Assembly (NCBI GenBank): GCA_030141605.1
Contig: JAQGDQ010000344.1
Location: 124,001-188,000, forward strand
DNA from: Tubiluchus corallicola
Taxonomy: Eukaryota; Animalia; Priapulida
Length of the DNA: 64,000 bases
Direction of reading: 5' to 3'
Shown here piece by piece: positions 46,161-59,339 of this stretch. A program made the translations under genes and the position numbers. Each line of letters opens with the position of its first letter. Position 1 is the first letter of the stretch. The notes under the pieces are model-generated. The model saw nothing but the letters and a program-made list of their open reading frames with translations. It was not told the origin of the DNA and did no database searches.

Positions 46161-49100
46161 CTGTTAAAGAAGAAAACATTTTTAACGCAGAAACAGATAA
46201 AGGATAAGAAAATGGGTATCCGAAGTAGGTTTCAGAAATATCGTCTTAAAAATAATATTATTTCATAGCAATTTTGCGCGTATATCACACTCGCGCTGAA
46301 AGGATTTTTTGGTTGTTTTCATTTTGAATCTCCTGCAATACTGTTCTGACTGCGCCATTACATGTCATCATGTACACACAACGTAAATCAGGGGATGAAA
46401 AGAAAAGGAAAAGGCTATGTCCCAAAAAACTTTCCATGCAAAGTTATATTACTTAGCATTTCGCTTACCTGCTTGACAGACTTATGTAACTAGAAAAGAA
46501 AATTATTAATTACTTAGAATGTTTCACCAAATTATAAAATTAGATTTTTTTGTATTTTTTGAACATTTTCTTGATAATTTGATGCTAAAATATAAAAGTC
46601 CAATATAGTTAGGGTTTGTTTTTATAAAAAAACAAAAACTGACATTTGACCAAATTTTTGGTGCATTCTACTTTAAAGCATCATGACATAGTTTTAACTA
46701 TGTTGACTTATGGACATTTTGGTTTGCAAGCAGACATATAAACTACAAAATATTTTAATACCTTATTCTTTACCCAGTCCATAATGCACTGCCAACAAAA
46801 CAGGTGACCGCACGGTGTCACAGTCGAGTCTATTCGCTTGTCTAAACAAAGCGAGCATTTCAGCTGAGGCTTGATTTCAAAGCTCCTATAAAAATAAAGT
46901 TTTGTAAACATAAGCTGTAACAGAAAAACCTCAAGTTGTAAAGTCTAATGAGTTTGCTGCAATTTATTCTTCATTTGCCGTTTTTTGTTTTACAAAAAGT
47001 CCTGCTGAAAAAGCATTATCTCAGATAATAGAAAGCACATGTATCATAGATCCCAAATAACAATTCCATTTAAAGACTGAACATACCAAATCTTTTTAAT
47101 TTTAATTTTATATATGAATTGTTAGGAATGACAATGCCACTTGAGTACTAACCACATACACCCACACAAGCTCATGCACACACATCCACACACATATATA
47201 CACATGCACACACACACACGCACATGTACACAACACACACACGCACACACACACACACACATGTACACAACACACATGCACACACACACACACTTAGCAG
47301 AATTATGATGGTCCATCTTAACAGCATCATAGGCCCTGGGGAATGTGGCCCCTCCACCTGCACAACCACTCACAGCAATAAAAATGTAAATGGTTGATAT
47401 ATTTAAACATATGGTACTTCTAACAAAATCAGTGTTTAAATACTAAAAACCATGCTATAATGCAAAGATTAATCAACACATATATTTGAACAATACAACA
47501 TGAGCCCCAAAAAACACAAAAATTTCAACATATAAATGATACTCAATTGTTAAACACAAAAACTTGTTAGTAAACCATGCAGACGGAGATGGTACAGTAC
47601 GAAATTACTATGAATTATTTATTATTAATCAAGTGTTCAACACAAACATTTGCAAAATTTCTTTTCAAAAAATTGCTTTATAATTGGCTTGAAGTCAATA
47701 GTCTTCAGGATGTCATTTTTCATAGTATATTATAGTACTTATTTATAGACAGCAAGTTATAACATAGATTAGCAAGGAGCCCCTATGGTCGTGGGGATTA
47801 TGGTTAACGTAGGGATCACTGCCCAAAGCGAAGACGGTAAGACGGCCCCGTTAATTATAAAGACACGATGTGGAAGGGAATTTAATTTTACACATGGCTA
47901 TATGAAATACAGTAAGTCCTCACTTAACGACGCTAATGCATTCCAGCAAAATGCGACGCTCAGCGAAACATCGTTAAACAAAACCAAAACTTAGAAAGTA
48001 ATGTAAACGAACTGAGATACGTTCCGGCACCAAAAATCAATGCACCAATGCTGCTTAAATCATATAAATTAAACGTTTTATGAGTTCTATTCATATTTCA
48101 ACTCATTAATTTCTTTCTGCCTGCTTGAAACCACCTATCTTTCTTAACAGCACCTAGCTAGACTTCTTAGTGATTTCTCCTCCCGTTTAAATACTGCATG
48201 TCAAATACTATGTAGTGAAAGCCAAGCTCTGCATGGAGCGACCTTCAGACAAATTAAGTACTAATCTGGTTGTTATTGCAACAGGTCACAGACAAAATTC
48301 CTTGGCATAAAGTTTGAACTTGGGTGTCGCTTGATACAAATGGCTAGAATTTAGCACGTAAGTCAGTCGGGAAGCAAAAACACTATAAAAACTGCACTAT
48401 TTAGGTTACTAATGTGTTTCTAGAACAGAATAATGCAATATGTACCATTGTAATACTTGAAGTTAATTAAAAAAAAGTTGTTGATAAAATAAAAAATAAC
48501 TGTGAGCAAAGTAAAAAACGTCATTAAAATGAAACGGCGCGTCTTTACGTGAGAAAAAGGTGTCAAATATTCAGTGTCGTTAAGATGAAACGTCCTTAAA
48601 TGGGAGTCGCTGAGCGAGGACATACTGTACACAGAATTTTAAACTTCTTTAGGTTTGATAAGTAGTTAAGAAAGTTGTTAGTAATTCTATTAAAATATCA
48701 TTTGATAATTAGCACTTTATAGTGCCGATGATACAAATTTTAACCGTGAGACAATAAATTATAGATCATGTGGTAAAAGCATGTCATGTCAGCAATGGCT
48801 GATGGCAGATTTATTGATTTTTTGTGGCCTAACAGAAAGCTTTCTGTAAGCGCCAAAGCAACGGTTCTACATTAGCAGATGTATGACAGTGTGCACACAA
48901 AAGATTATGTTCAGTTCAGGAAAAGCAGATTTTTTTGCATATCGGTTTGCTCGACCTCGCTTTTACAGAAAAATCGGACAAAATCTCGACCGTTAAAAAT
49001 CCCGCATACTATGGACACAGACCGTTGTTTTGCGAGCTGACCGCTAGTTGGTGGGCCGTCACTTTGTTTATATCATTACATCCAAGCAGCGTGTAACGGC

Positions 49101-52100
49101 ACCCATGTAGCTTGTATGTCAGGAGCGGCTCATACTAGATGTTTTTGAGGCAATTTGGCGACTGAATTTACATTACTGTGAACCTACTCAGGTTGCATTA
49201 GATTAGATGCTGTACTGTATCGATAAATACGGACAAGCTGCAAATTTGGACCGACGTCTCCCCGCTTTTGTCCGGCAAACCGAGATATCGGTGTTTTTCT
49301 TATTGCTCAGGATTTACCTTTCTTGCTCTATGTTAGCAGCTCCCTGCACTGAGGGGATAAGCATTGCTGTTAAATTGCCCCTATTCACATACAGGGAGCG
49401 TGCAGCTGTAAACACAAGCTGAGCTAAGGATAAGTAACCCAACAGCTTATACGTAGTGAGAGCGCCATCTTGCCAGGCAGCCGTCTTAACCTGCAACTAA
49501 AGAGGAAATAATAACTAGTTGCATTATTATGTATGGGTAAATTAAAGGAAGACAGGATGATTTTTCATGTACCTTTTCAAGTACGGTAAAAGTATACATT
49601 TTAACACAATCAATACTGCAAAAACATTTCTGATAATTCAATTTATAGATTAAAAACTTAATTAACATGGGGAGCCTAACTATTGATGACACTACAAAGT
49701 AACATAATTTTCCAAAGCAAAAAAAGAAAATTAAAGTACAGTGCTACTGTAACATATTCAGTGTGTTGTGCTAAAACTAGGCAAGTTTTAAGATGACAAT
49801 TCATACTTCAAATTTACTGCTGTGCTCATGCATGAGCTGTCGAATGAGTGCAGTTCGTCACAACACATCTGAACTGAGAGGTACATCACCCGTTTTTTGT
49901 GTAATGCATTTTTGAAATGCAGGTGCTAGTGCCCGTTTAACTAGTAAATGGCAAAAATATGTCATATTTGTTTCACTGTCTGCACTATGATGTAGACTGA
50001 AACAATCATGTCAAGCACTGTTTTGTTTGCAAGCAGCAATGTTTATCATGCTTTAATGTAATGGTTTGAATCTGTCACCCGCTCGTTCACTGCAGTTAAC
50101 TTTGTTGTTTCTGGAAGCTAAACATTTAATCACTTGCCCAGCGGTTTGCTTTTGAAGCTCCCACTTTTCACGGGGGAAACAGGGGCATCACCAACTGCGG
50201 CTCCAGCACTAGGTGACTAGAGGTTTTGCATAAATATGTGCAGCAACAGTTCTTCAATATTTATATGAGTACGGGAACTTTATAAACCAATTTCTTCATG
50301 AAACAACAAACCTTTTTAATTTTTAATGTAACTAAAATGAGATTTATTAATTAATTCTTCTATACAAAATTAGTACTTTTAAATAATTGCAGATAAAAAT
50401 TTAGGCATTAGTTCATTTCTAAAATTCATTTAAAGCCTTTGCAGGGCATACTAAAGTGATGAGTGACAACCCATACTTCTATATTGGTAATATTGCACCC
50501 ATCGGCTAAATGAATCAGTCGGTTAATTGGGTCTAAAAAGACTTCCATCCCAAAGTGAGTCTATTAAGCAGCACCTACTGTATTTAAAAGAACTGCTGTA
50601 GCATAAAGATTTATAAATAAATAATCTGTTGTATCCAGGAGAATCTCTGCTATCCAGTCATACTATTTGATTGGGCATTAAACACAGGATTTAATTGGAT
50701 AAAATTAAGAAAAACGTGCTATTTTCATGTAACAGAGATGAAACAATAGTTTAGTCTGGTGTCTGCTTGCTACACCCCAAGAGAACCATCTACTGTGTTG
50801 AGTTCCAGGAAAAGCCAACCGATCAGCCAAAGAGAAATTATGGTCGCTTCATCTTTTAACTGGAATTTCTCCTTAAAGACAGAGTGGACTTGAGGCCAAA
50901 GTATATCAGAGTATTGTGTCTGGATAGTTAATGAAATTTTCTGCATTACAATTCAATTTCACACAAGTGATACTGTACATTGTTATAGTGCAAACACTGC
51001 AGTTACTGAATTTTTTTTCAATTTTTTCCTTACAAATCCAATTTTAATTTGTCTAAGGTAACCAAATGCATTTCATAATTCATATATAACTCTGCATGAA
51101 AATTCATTGTGTGAGGAGTAGAAACTTACAAAAATTACCAAATATAATGTAATCACTGCTTAGTGAGAGCAATTTTTCATGAACTCGTGCAAAATGCAGC
51201 AAACGCTTACGATCCTTAAAGAGTTATAATGCTAAGGGTTTAATTTTGACTGTTCAAAATGACCATTTCAGTTAAAAATGCAAATTACTTACATATCGTA
51301 CACACGTGAATCGTTTTGAAAGCTGATAGAAAATGCCATTAAGATAGAATACGGTCAAGTTGCACCGGTAAATTAACATCACAGCTTTCCTGGCAACACT
51401 CATGTATCTCAAAAACTTCTCAGCAGTCTCCAGGGAAAGACCAAACATGTTTGGCTGTTGACGTAGTAACCTTTCAAGACCATTCAATGATTTATCAGTC
51501 AAATATGGGAAGAAAACATAGAGAAAGACCATGATGGTTCTTCTCTGAAAAATTAAAATATCTTTATTTAAAACCGGAAATTTTATTACGCACCACTCCT
51601 AATGGCTGGTGAAAAATGGCAAATATTCAAATATGTTCACAGCACAATTTGTTAATTTTGACAAAAATTGAGCTTTTAAATATAGACAAAAACCAAACAA
51701 ATAATTAATGCATAAATTACTGTATCAGTTTCTTTTCTACTGGTCTGCTTATTCATTAAATATTTTGGCTTTTTGTAAATACGTAATTAGTGCATAATTT
51801 ACTGTATTAATTTCTCTTCTACTGCTCTGCTTATTCATTACCCATCTTGGCTTTTTGCAAATACGTAATTAGTGCATAATTTACTGTATCAATTTCTTTT
51901 CTACTGGTCTGCTTATTCATTACCTATTTCGCTTTGTAAACACATAATTAGTGCATAAATTACTGTATCAGTTTCTTTTCTACTGGTCTGCTTATTCATT
52001 ACCTATTTTGGCTTTTTGCAAATACGTAATTAGTGCAGATTTTACTGTATCAATTTCTTTTCTACAGGTCTGCTTATTGATTACCTATTTGGCTTCCTTT

Positions 52101-55100
52101 AACTATTTAATTAGTGCATAAGCTCTGTCTATATAAACTGGTTGTATGCTTGTAAAATTTACCATAAATGATGACAGCAGTAGTCTGTCGAAACGTTTGG
52201 CATGACTTTAACTTTTTGACTTTGTAAAGTAAAAGTTTTAATAAAGTTGTGCTGTTTTAACTATAAGTAAGCTAAAACGTAACATAAAAGATTTACTACC
52301 ACAATGACTGAAGTTAAAAAATTACAGTTAAAAATGCATTGCAGTTAGAGTTAAAAAAATTTCAAGAATTTTTGCAGGCTGCTGGCAAACAATTGGCTGG
52401 TTTGATGCAAAGAATACATAAATAAGCAAATTCTACTGATTTCTTTTTTTGTTTATCTCTGGACAAACTGTTCTCTTTTTAATACAAACAATTTCACTAA
52501 TCTAAACTTCTGTTAGTAGCATGTGATTACTAATGATATGCACAGTTAGAAGTTAAAATTGGTTATGTAAAGAGAAAGAGAAATTTAGGCAAGGAACTAT
52601 TTACATTTTATTTTTTTGCTTTAAAGAAATATAGGAACATAACTTTGTACACCAGATACCATCAGATTGCCTCTGTTAAACTATGTACAATGTTTCCAGT
52701 TCTTACGTTTTGATTTAGCACAATTGCCTACATAAAGAATTTATTGATTTTAATTTGTAAGTAGCACTAAATACATGACATACTGTTAGAGTGCATGTAT
52801 AGATTATTAGAAATTCTACTGTTAAATGCATACAGTTAATTTCAAGAAAGCAATTTAGATAACACTTTTTGACATGTATTGTTAAAAAAGCACCAGCTCA
52901 TAATGCTTCCTCTTCTTTGTTCATAGATGGCACCATATTCTGCCAACATAATATTACATAATCTATTTATTGTTCTAATGGTAAAATAAACAAAGAGCAA
53001 AAATAGTTTTTAGCTACTATAAAACTGCTTTATTTCGGATAAGACTAATGCTGTGGATTCTTTTTTGGAAGGAGTTTACAATTCCCGACACAATTTAAAT
53101 ACCTAACCCTAATCCTAATCTGCCTCATCAACTAATTTCTTGTATGCGGGGCATTCTCAGTCTTAACCTCTTCTTTAGTAGAAATTTTGCAGCATGCTTA
53201 TCATCATTGTCAAACAGGTTCGAAAAACTGAGCCTCTAAGTGGCACTAATTTTTTGCTTAAGAAAACCACTAGACCTAATTACTGACATGCACTACCTTT
53301 TTGTACATGTACTAAGAAAAAAGTTATAGTGTATAATTTTCTGAATGCAATTTTGCAGCCATAGAGAATGCAAACTAAGAGCATCATGAACCTGCCATCA
53401 TGAGTTGTTCGCTTACCAAGGGAGATGGGACACGACGCTTCGACGGATCTACTTGAACAAGATATACATATTCTTCACCTAATGTCTGATAACCTGTCAA
53501 TAAACCAGATAGAGTATTTATTTTTATTTTATTTCGCTTTCATTAAAAATATACATTAACTCCTTCAGGACCGCACCACTCAAAATAGGTTTTATAATAT
53601 TAATAGCACAGACATAACTAAATGATTACAAATTAGGTACTGTTCTGTTCAGGAGAAACCTGGCTATCCAATCATGCCATTTGTTTAAACATTGGTGATT
53701 TAATTGGATAAAATTAAGAAAAAGATGCCCTTTTTAGGCACTCCAACTCAGCCTATTGAGTAGTTTAGTCTGGTGTACATTTGCCTGATCGCGCACACTA
53801 CTTTATTTGTAACCTGCTTGCTTACAGCCCAAAACAACTGTCTGCTCCACAGAGTTCCAGGAAAAGCCAACCAATCAGCCAAGGAGAAATTTAGCTTGTT
53901 TCATTTTTTAAAAGAAATCTGTCCTTAAAAATAGAGTAGTTTTAAGTCCAAAGGGTATCAGAGTGGTGTGTCTGGATAGTTAAAATTTTCTGTATTAGCT
54001 GACTTCACACAAGTGATACTGTCATTGTTACAGTGCAAACTCTGCAGTTACTGAAAGCTTTTTTAAATTTTTGCAACAAAAATGGATTTATAATTTTATG
54101 TAAGGTAAGCAAGTGCATCTCATGTATAATTTTCCACGAAAATCCATTGTGTGAGGAGTAAAAACCTACAAATATATTATCAAATATAATGTAATCTCTG
54201 CTTAGTGAGAGCAGTTTTTCGTGAACCAACGCAAAATGCAACAAACATTTACGGTCCCGAAGGAGTTAAAAATAAACAATAAAAAAAAAATATGAATGTG
54301 GAGAGAGACGTAAAGAGACAAGCTGCTTACATACGCCATACACAATCCATTTATCAAAATTCAAAAATTCCAATCTAAAGTTTAGAATTACCTGCAGTGA
54401 CCAAAGCTGCATCATTTACTGAACTTGGTAAGGAATTCAATACTTGAACAACAGAAAAACCCCAAATCTTTTTTGCTCGTTCTACAAACATGTAGCTTTA
54501 GACTGTGGGGTTTTTTTGTACTATAAGTGATACTCAAATCGTTCTCACAGAAAACCAATAAAAAATTTCAAAATGCTAATTTAAGACCAGCAAAAGCATC
54601 TGAGATTAAAATTTTAAATACGGAATTTCAAATTTCAATAAAGAAACAAAATCATTCAAAAACTACCCTGTAGGGAAAACAAATGCATAGTTTAAGACAT
54701 GGGTATCTGCGATCATTGTAACATCTTTATATAAACTTCTAAGCCAGTCTTGTTGAAACTGTGGCAGGATAACATTTAGCAACATGAACAGATCATTGTT
54801 ATTAAATTGTCTCATTGTTATTAAATTGTCTCCTGTAAATAATACATATCAAACATTTTCTATAGCTAAAACCAGGGATGTTACTGAAACGAAATTTTCG
54901 GTTGTTTCACTTTCGGCGAAATTTATTAAGTTCCGTAGCCAAAAGTTCCAATAATTTTCGGTAGCATTTTTCCACGGTTTTACTAGTATTTATCCAATTT
55001 ACCTTTTCTTTTCTCCTAGATGTCAAAAACCGTTGAAAAAACTTGGCTAAAATAGTTCAAATAAAGCAAAAATTTCATTTACATAATAGTTTGTGACATG

Positions 55101-57563
55101 CTTTTACCAGCAATGGGGCGTATATTCAGTGCTGACCACTGTGAAGTTTTAGGGTTTCCAGGCCCAATCAACCAAAATATCACACCACGTTTGAATTTAC
55201 TTCAGCAATTTTATAATTTACTTAATTTTATAATTTATGAAATATAGGCAACAAAATATCTATAAAATAAAATTTGTTAGTTTTTAATGAAGCATTATGA
55301 TCTTTAAACATTAATCATTAAGGATACTTAAATCCTAAGGCATTATAACACATTTTCTGAGGTAAGCCACTCCATCAGCTTGAGGTTCTACATTATAAAA
55401 ATTCCTTGTCCTTTTTGTATTAAAATTTTCTATCAGAAATTTTGCATCACAGCAAGTAAAAGCAGACAAACAAAAAACAAAATATTTTACTCATTTTAGA
55501 ATTTTCTTTTTTCAGTTTTAATAGCAGTTGGTTTTGCAAAAATGTTTTGGTTCGTTTTCGGCTTCCCATGTTTGATAAATTTCAGTTTCGGTTTGCAAAT
55601 TCAGTTTCAGTAACATCCCTGATTAAAACATAGTTAATTCTGCAGGAAAGCTACAAAATGGCTCTCATTTACCTGCCAGGGTCGTCAGGGAAAAGTAACA
55701 CAAATCGGAGAGCACCTCCAGCTCTTTCCTCCACTTCATCCACATTCTGGGTCCTGTTTCAAATTTTGCCATAAAAGGAATTTACAAAGTAAATAATTGG
55801 TAAACTAGATAATAGTTAATCGTTCAAGATTATTATTAATGTTGTTACAAACTCACAATTAACTAAATACAAAAGAGTTGGAAAGCTGTCTGAATTTGAA
55901 CCAGACACGTTCAGCTTACATTGCAGATGCTTAGACCACTATGCTGTCACATTCTCCTGTTGTCAAGGTCGTCCAAATTTCACACCATATAGCTGGTCAA
56001 AGAATTTCTTTTTGAGATCGCTCGCATGTACTAATTTCAGTGTCAGCAAGCCTTTACACAGTTCCAGCGATTGATGATGAAAAGGTCAAAGGTTAAGTGT
56101 ACCAGACAATGCATTTGTGTACACTTGACAGCGCCTCGCAGACCATGGATGATATTGTAATAGTAGCAGTTTTAACAGCTAGCTAGAACCTTACCTAGTA
56201 CATTTTTTCTCGTTCCCAAGCAAGATTCTACTAATAAATCACTCTACACACAGACTAATGCATAGTTAAGTAAAGACCACATAAAACAACTGAAGTTGCT
56301 GAACTGATGCTGCAGACAGCTTTGTTTTACACACATGTCGCGTGATAGTTATAGTTACTGAGGTACACTTAACCTTTGTCTGTGGGTGCGCACAACAAAA
56401 CTGTGAAAAGGCATATTAGACAAAATTAAAAATGAATCTAATGAGTTAAAATCACTCTAGCATGACTGAGCTAATACTAGAAATGTTGAATTTGTTTGGT
56501 CAACTATACGGGATGAAATTTGGTCTGTTCTGATCAAGAGGAGTGAGATGACTTAGTGGTTTAAAGCATTTGCAATGCAAGCAATTAAATCTCGACCGCA
56601 TTCCAACTTTTTCACATTTTTTGTGTTTCAAGTTTGGCATCAAGATTTAATTAATAGTGTGTTTATAACAACATTAGATGCTAATCTGTGCATGTAAAAA
56701 ATTTCTCAAATTAACAAAAGTTACAAGCTAAAGGAAGGAAATCTAGAAAAACAGTTCCTAGATAATGTGATACAGCTGAGCCTGTCAATTAAAACAATGC
56801 CTAAACCAAGTGAAAAAGAACAATGAAAAGAGTTTAAGAACTTCAATATTTATAGTTAAGACACTAACTTTATTAAAACTTTTAATTTACATATAGTTAA
56901 AAAAAATCACGTCAAACATTTCGACAGAGCTACTGCTGTCATCATCAGTGGTAAATTTTTACAAACATACAACCAGTTTATATTGGCAGAGCCTACAGTA
57001 TAGCACATTATGTACTAGTTGTGTATCTAACAGAAGTTCAGTTAAAGTTTAACTTCTGTTAAATACATAATTGGTGTATAATGTTCTATACTGTAGGCTC
57101 TGCTATATAAATTAGTTGTAGTTTGTAAAAATTTACCACTGATGATAACAGCAGTCGTTCTGCCAAAACGTTTGGCATGATTTTTTAATTATGTAAATTA
57201 AAAACTTCAACATTATAATATACCATTGAGAAGGCATGCAACATACTGCAAGTTTTGACAGAATAACTTTAGCTTGTAAAGAATTGTGTATATCATTACA
57301 TACTGTCGATCAATTTTTTAATAGACAACAACAAGTAAATTAATACAAGGACAATCACATTTGTTAGAAAATCTTTCAAACTGAAGAAAGTGAATGGTGT
57401 AAAAGTGTTCATTGTGATCGTTATAGCAATGATCGTCAATAAATGCCTCACCTGCCACTCTTTGGACAATTACGTTCAAACTAGAACGTACAAAATTCAC
57501 ATAATATTCATCTTTCTGGTGTGATCTTACAATCTCTGCCGCACCAGCATCGACCAATGGCAT
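46089..57563 (-). CDS. PEX10: Peroxisome biogenesis factor 10 (Pex2/Pex12 N-terminal domain plus C3HC4 RING); 7 exons, about 298 aa
   Basis: Exons 57452-57563, 55673-55753, 53417-53493, 51293-51544, 49318-49496, 46762-46885, 46089-46160 join in frame (897 nt). Motifs [44 protein letters not shown]...[12 protein letters not shown]...ECPLCR. Confidence 0.94.
46510..46739. mobile_element. MITE family A, partial copy
   Basis: Ends ttggtttgcaagcagacatat; reverse complement of 57667 onward; left boundary approximate. Confidence 0.7.
46762..46885 (-). CDS. PEX10: PEX10 exon 6 (RING)
   Basis: [41 protein letters not shown]|gtatta. Confidence 0.92.
47150..47292. repeat. Imperfect (CA)n
   Basis: Direct observation. 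Confidence 0.9.
47908..48629. mobile_element. pogo/Tigger-like MITE
   Basis: ta-cagtaagtcctcacttaacgac / gtcgctgagcgaggacatactg-ta. Confidence 0.75.
49318..49496 (-). CDS. PEX10: PEX10 exon 5
   Basis: LQVK...[13 protein letters not shown]...EQER|gtaaat; alternative in-frame acceptor gives a boundary at 49490. Confidence 0.85.
50600..51226. mobile_element. piggyBac-like MITE family B, diverged copy
   Basis: Colinear with about 39600-40254; left boundary approximate. Confidence 0.75.
51293..51544 (-). CDS. PEX10: PEX10 exon 4
   Basis: [15 protein letters not shown]...[19 protein letters not shown]|gtaagt. Confidence 0.92.
51702..52120. repeat. Tandem repeat, about five copies of about 82 bp
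   Basis: attagtgca recurs at 51786, 51868, 51947, 52029 and 52110. Confidence 0.9.
53417..53493 (-). CDS. PEX10: PEX10 exon 3
   Basis: [26 protein letters not shown]|gtaagc. Confidence 0.92.
53556..54269. mobile_element. piggyBac-like MITE family B, full copy
   Basis: ttaa-ctccttcaggaccg...cggtcccgaaggag-ttaa. Confidence 0.85.
54873..55621. mobile_element. hAT-like MITE
   Basis: TIR cagggatgttactgaaac / gtttcagtaacatccctg; flanks gctaaaac / attaaaac; related fragment at about 41431-41600. Confidence 0.75.
55673..55753 (-). CDS. PEX10: PEX10 exon 2
   Basis: [27 protein letters not shown]|gtaaat. Confidence 0.92.
55873..55950 (-). mobile_element. tRNA-derived SINE head
   Basis: Minus strand TAGTGGTCTAAG...GGTTCAAATTC (A/B-box-like); degenerate plus-strand relative at about 56545-56620. 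Confidence 0.5.
56048..56414. mobile_element. MITE family E, inverted copy
   Basis: aagcctttacacagtt...aactgtgaaaaggcata. Confidence 0.75.
56880..57203. repeat. Long imperfect palindrome carrying hammerhead-like motifs (Penelope-like element derived)
   Basis: Arms of about 155 bp around a 12-nt loop (57039-57050); third single-arm copy at 52121-52265. Confidence 0.8.
57452..57563 (-). CDS. PEX10: PEX10 exon 1
   Basis: [21 protein letters not shown]...RVA|gtgagg. Confidence 0.92.
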
Positions 57564-57666
57564 TGTGATTGTGCAAATTAGCGAATAAGTAGATCGGAGT
57601 TTATGAGTGTTTCAAACCTATTATAAAGTACATTCATGACAAAGAAAGGCAAAAATAGTTAATGTC

Positions 57667-58320
57667 ATATGTGTGCTTGCAAATCAAAATTGTCCATAAG
57701 TTGGCATAGTTAAAACTACGTTATAATGCTTCAAAGTAGCATGCACCAAAACTGGGTCAAATGTCAATTTTTTTGTTTTTCATAAAAACAAATGCTAAAT
57801 AAAATGGATGTTTATATTCTAGCATCAACTCACCAGGAAAGTGTTCAGAAAATACTAAAAATTTAACTCTATAACCCCGTACCCACTTCTTTGTATAAAA
57901 ACCAGTAAGTAATGCAATAGTGAAAAACTCGGTGATTTCAAACTTCGACAGTAGCTTGTGAAAGCAGTCATTTTGCTTGCGTCTTTCCTATTGCTAAGCC
58001 CAATCTTCGTCTGAAAGAGCCCTCTACTGTATTAAAGCATAACCTCAATGTGCCCTTGCAAAGCCCATTTTTGTGTCATTAGCAACCACATTTTCGTAAG
58101 TGACAAAAAGCATTACTAAATGTTTTATGTAAACTCGACAAAAAACAGTGTGCAGTCTGCACCTGAAATCCAATGCGGATAATCTCAGCTTAAAAATAAC
58201 ATAGAGTGATGAACTTGGTATCAAAATGATCCTCATGAAATAGAGATTTAGGACAAGGATATAACTAGAAAAGCTTAATTGCTGACTTATGGGCGATTTT
58301 ACCATGCAAGCACACAAATA
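57667..58320. mobile_element. MITE family A, copy just upstream of PEX10
   Basis: atatgtgtgcttgca...tgcaagcacaca; colinear with 9822-10490. Confidence 0.8.
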
Positions 58321-59339
58321 GGTGTTTTTAACTTATGGTTAAACAATATACATTTTACATGTTTTATCAAGTTCATTCTTCATACTGTGTGTATCTATTG
58401 TCAGTGTTATTAACTTCCTGTGACCAGACTATAGTAACCAACAGTCTACTGTTTTTGTAAATCGCCATTTTATTTATTTGGCTCTTGTTTACTTTATTTA
58501 CATTTTACTTTATGCTTTTTTATGTTTTCTTACATCATCATGTAATTAAAATCATTATAATAATAATAATTAGTTAACATTTTCGACTGTGTCAGAACTT
58601 GTGGTAAGATTCTGCTTCTGTAGATGCTTTAAAGCAATGTTCAGCTTTTTTCATATTTACAATTAAAAAATGTTTTTCTCTAAATAACTAACAATATGTA
58701 CATAAGAACGGCTATGCTTGATATAGTTCCAATGAAATTTGAAGTCTGAACTTGTCACATTTTGACTTCTGGCCTTTGGTCATGGTAAGCTTATGCAGGT
58801 GTGACTCATACCACTCAACTGGTTTCATCGATGCGTTTCATTTGCTACACTACAACTTACTGTTGCTTGACACTAGATGCATTTGTCTCGCTGACACCTA
58901 ATTTCAGCTTTTATCCGCAAGTACAGTCAGTGGTAGACCACTCTGGGAGTAACTCATGCCATTCAGGGCAATATTTGTTTGCCCAGCTCCCAAAATTCCA
59001 GAGAGACACAAATAATAAATAGAAACTGGGGGTAAATCATGAAAATTTTCTGTGAAACAGAATCTTAACTATTGTAAAATTTAAGTTAACATAACGGTGC
59101 CGAGTACTAGAACTACCATATAACAGTAAATCATTTCCATACCTAACTTATAAATTGGCTGCTTTAAATTAAAATGAAATGGTGTAAAAAGTAAAATAAT
59201 TCATTTTTGGTTTTTGACAGATAAATATTTTTCAATATTAAACTGGCATTACAAGCTGAAGTTGACAACTAGCTTGTTTTACATCTCTGAGCACGATTAA
59301 GCAAGCAAGTCGCCATAGTGTCATTCAAAGTCTGACTAA

